Part shown: in pieces, positions 56,216-58,524 of the stretch
Layout of the letters: every line of letters begins with the position of its first letter
Position numbering within the stretch: position 1 is the first letter of the stretch
Source of the DNA: Fidelibacterota bacterium
GTDB lineage: Bacteria > Fidelibacterota > Marinisomatia > Marinisomatales > JAHJCW01
DNA: 58,524 nucleotides
Assembly (NCBI GenBank): GCA_042577295.1
Contig: JBHPEE010000002.1
Location: forward strand, 1 to 58,524
Direction of reading: 5' to 3'
The notes under the pieces: generated by a model
What the model was told of the DNA's origin: nothing
Databases searched by the model: none
What the model saw: the letters and a program-made list of their open reading frames with translations, nothing else
Program-made: the position numbers and the translations under genes

Positions 56216-57143
56216 TTCTGTCACTTAAATAATGTGCGTTAGGCTTCAAAAAGAGTTTTTTGTTTTTGTAGTCGAAGATTAAATTGAAGTATTTAAGACT
56301 ACCGTTACCAATAATACCATCTGCATTACTTTGTTTCGAACGAGCAACAGAAGAAACAAATGCAGCTTTAATCCGATTTAATTCATATGGACCTATAATC
56401 AATTTTGATATTATTCCAATTTTTCCATAAATATCTCCACTAAGACCTCTACCAAGATGAGCTTCCTCAAGCTTTGCAGGTAAAGTAACTTTCATATTTT
56501 CTTTCTCAAGCAATTCAATTGTCTCTCCTGCAGCAAAATCGACATAAGTTGAAATGGTTACAGGATCCTCTTTTTCAATAGCGACCGAAACGTCAATCCA
56601 GGGAATTGTATTATTCTTAAAGTAAATTGGTATTGATTCCCAAGATTCATCAATATTCAAGATATCATAATCATGTAATATCATTATATTTTTATCATAA
56701 TCTATTTCTACAGCATAATGACCAAATATTGAATATCCTAAAACTCCATCTGTAGGGAATCCTTTGTAGATATCACTTGTTAGAATCAAAAGTTTCTGAT
56801 TGTAGAACTCATAATCACTAATTGAGAAGTTAGCAGATGTATCCATTAGTGCGGTTGAAGGTTTCCCACTACCTGCACCTGCCACTCTAACTTCTATGGG
56901 GTTATTTAATTTTATTGAATCTAACAAGTCTTTATTATATAATAGCAAACCATCAAAACTCATTCCTGTATCTAATAAGATTTTTAAAATTCGTGAGTTT
57001 CCAACCTTCACTGGAATTACTGTTTTATTTCGTTGAGTCTCAATAGGAATGGAGCTCGGTCTTTGTCCTAAAACATATGTGGATCCAAATAAGACAATTA
57101 CAAATAAATATAGAATAAAGACCTTTGTATTATTATTTCTCAT
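56205..57143 (-). CDS. retropepsin-like (clan AA) aspartic protease, secreted
   Basis: Signal peptide; ILLDTGMSFDGLLL contains the D-T-G active-site motif; two-lobed length of 312 aa. Confidence 0.55.
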   Translation of the reverse strand: MRNNNTKVFILYLFVIVLFGSTYVLGQRPSSIPIETQRNKTVIPVKVGNSRILKILLDTGMSFDGLLLYNKDLLDSIKLNNPIEVRVAGAGSGKPSTALMDTSANFSISDYEFYNQKLLILTSDIYKGFPTDGVLGYSIFGHYAVEIDYDKNIMILHDYDILNIDESWESIPIYFKNNTIPWIDVSVAIEKEDPVTISTYVDFAAGETIELLEKENMKVTLPAKLEEAHLGRGLSGDIYGKIGIISKLIIGPYELNRIKAAFVSSVARSKQSNADGIIGNGSLKYFNLIFDYKNKKLFLKPNAHYLSDRSDQ

Positions 57144-57250
57144 AAATATCTATTCAATTATAAATAGAATATATTGAATTTGTTGCTATAATTATTCAAG
57201 TACTCTTAAATCGATAATATTAATCAGTGAAATATTTTATAGTCAAAATA

Positions 57251-57282
57251 GACCGTTTGTTTTGGGAACCGTTTTTGAGACA
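57251..57282 (-). repeat. IGR-A copy 8 (5' half only, inverted)
   Basis: The reverse complement reads gtctcaaaaacggttcccaaaacaaacggtc. Confidence 0.6.
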
Positions 57283-57502
57283 ACTATTGACATTAACCGT
57301 GTAAATGCAGGTTACACCTTTACAAATTGCAATTCATTATGCCTAATAAGAATATATTCCTCTTGCAAATTTTACCTACATTATAAATACAAAATAATAA
57401 AGAATTTATAATCACTTAAATAATAACATTTGATATACAAAACTGATCATATTAGTTTATGATACTAGTTGGTTTACTAGTAATTAATAATAGGAGGAAA
57501 AT

Positions 57503-57748
57503 ATGGACTGGTTAGTCAGTATACTATTGGGGGCAGCGGGTGGTAATATTGCTGGAGAAGTAATAAAAAAGATAAGTCTCGGGAATCTTTGGAACTCAGT
57601 TGTTGGTATCCTTGGCGGTGGAATTGGAGCATTTTTACTTGGATTATTGAATATCGAATACCTTGAACCAGAATGGCTTTGGAGATTAATTACTGCCCTC
57701 ATTGGTGGTGCTGTATTATTATGGATAGTTAGTTTGTTCAAAAAATAA
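57503..57748 (+). CDS. GlsB/YeaQ/YmgE-family small membrane protein
   Basis: taggagg SD; 81 aa; Gly-rich TM helices LLGAAGGNIAGE and GILGGGIGAFLLGLL; followed by a terminator. Confidence 0.5.
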   Translation: MDWLVSILLGAAGGNIAGEVIKKISLGNLWNSVVGILGGGIGAFLLGLLNIEYLEPEWLWRLITALIGGAVLLWIVSLFKK

Positions 57749-57773
57749 GCATAGCCTATATAATATTAGTAAT

Positions 57774-57806
57774 AAAAAAGTCAGCGTAATATCACTGGCT
57801 TTTTTA
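57774..57806 (+). terminator. rho-independent terminator after the GlsB-like gene
   Basis: agtcag (57779-57784) pairs with ctggct (57795-57800), flanked by an A-run and ttttt. Confidence 0.65.
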
Positions 57807-57896
57807 TTTATTTGGGATGTCTAACACTCTATTCCTAGCATAATTATTACTATTGTTTTAATCTGAAAGTATCCTGCCAAATGTTAATTATGATTT

Positions 57897-57960
57897 CAAA
57901 ACCCACCGTTTTTGGAACACTCAAATTATACCGTTTGTTTTGGGACACGTTTTTGGAACA
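57897..57960 (-). repeat. IGR-A copy 9 (full, inverted)
   Basis: The reverse complement reads gttccaaaaacgtgtcccaaaacaaacgg...gttccaaaaacggtgggttttg. Confidence 0.8.
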
Positions 57961-58313
57961 AAAAAGTGTTTATTTCTATTGATAACATCCAATTTTAATT
58001 ATTATCAAAAAATCGATAGGTATTCCGATATGATAATTATAAGTATGTTATTATTTCAAACAGTATTTAAGTGTATTCTGGTATATTGTGCTTTATATAA
58101 TAATATCCCAAAGAAGTGAGAAATAGATCTCTTTTTTTTATAAAATTAAACCAATTCCTGTAACAGAGTGAAAAAGTCCACAGCGCAAAAGAACGATGCC
58201 CCTTTTTCTGAAAAAGTATTTAAAATATGCTTATGTCTTCTATCCGACTAAATTTAGTAATTATATATCCTAATATCATATCAATGAAATCGTTAAATAA
58301 CAGGAGAATATTA

Positions 58314-58524
58314 ATGAAATATTTTAATAAAATATCAAAAGTATTATTAATTGTAGTGGCCATAATCGGTCTTGCTATTGGCATGTCATCAGGTTATGGT
58401 GATAAAAAATCGACTGATAATGCTAACTCAACTATTAGTGCAGACAATACTTTAATGGATAGCAAATGCGGCGAAGGTAAGTGCGGTGGCGACAATGTCA
58501 AAGCTGAAGTCTCTGATAAAGTAG
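58314..58524 (+). CDS. 5' part of a secreted Cys-motif peptide (KCGEGKCG), HvfA-like RiPP precursor candidate; 3' end off-window
   Basis: caggag SD 8 nt upstream. MKYFNKISKVLLIVVAIIGLAIGMSSG signal/anchor, then ...MDSKCGEGKCGGDNVKAEV. The open frame runs to the window edge. Confidence 0.45.
   Translation, partial: MKYFNKISKVLLIVVAIIGLAIGMSSGYGDKKSTDNANSTISADNTLMDSKCGEGKCGGDNVKAEVSDKV

Noticed and set aside
3254-57960. Could the many short repeats be a CRISPR array or arrays?
   Set aside because: Copies are kilobases apart in separate intergenic spacers, occur in both orientations and are imperfect. There is no regular repeat-spacer periodicity and there are no cas genes.
58080-58140. Tiny sRNA between TATAAT (about 58102) and the gaga/tctc-T8 hairpin (about 58118-58140)
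   Set aside because: The stem is only 4 bp, there is no credible -35, and the implied transcript would be only about 20-35 nt. The support is insufficient.

Overview
AT-rich 58.5 kb chromosomal segment from an environmental-type bacterium. It has an FCB-group-like gene flavour: a CarboxypepD_reg TonB receptor, many secreted peptidases and LytS/LytTR. It also shows Shine-Dalgarno sites and sigma70-style TTGACA/TATATT promoters. No rRNA, intact tRNA, CRISPR array, integrase or transposase was seen.

Gene content, left to right:
- Membrane proteins and a CPBP protease (0.4-3 kb).
- Two co-oriented units (3.4-15.5 kb) that look like a light/UV/photo-oxidative protection regulon. It is built around an AdoB12 CarH/LitR-type photoreceptor regulator and includes DUF1295, TspO, SDR-DUF2867, START, lipocalin, a pyrimidine-dimer-glycosylase-like protein, a Dak2-DegV fusion, DUF523-DUF1722, Bcp and SRPBCC.
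- A TonB-dependent receptor.
- A peptide-scavenging neighbourhood (18-40 kb) with three class-C-like serine hydrolases, peptidases S41, M28 and M24B, DUF885, a transglutaminase-like protein, an LRR lipoprotein and LytS/LytTR.
- A quinone oxidoreductase, a tandem C_GCAxxG_C_C redox protein, and a cation-chloride cotransporter with an RCK_C partner.
- A DUF5916 protein.
- A TetR-TolC-HlyD-ABC-2 efflux operon.
- The start of a KCGEGKCG peptide resembling HvfA-type RiPP precursors, at the right edge.

Most unusual observations:
1. An in-frame TGA at the first conserved Cys of the C_GCAxxG_C_C gene, followed by a SECIS-like hairpin (candidate selenoprotein).
2. Near-identical promoters with GAGCG boxes in front of the two light-regulon units (candidate CarH operator).
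3. At least four families of short dispersed intergenic repeats, with about 27 copies. One family carries tRNA-like T-arm/acceptor/CCA modules plus terminators.
4. A 145-bp direct duplication of a gene 3' end that brackets 16.8 kb.
5. Several decayed genes: a pseudo-tRNA-Leu, two homopolymer frameshifts and a GT2 remnant.

All family assignments come from motif recognition by eye; no searches were run.
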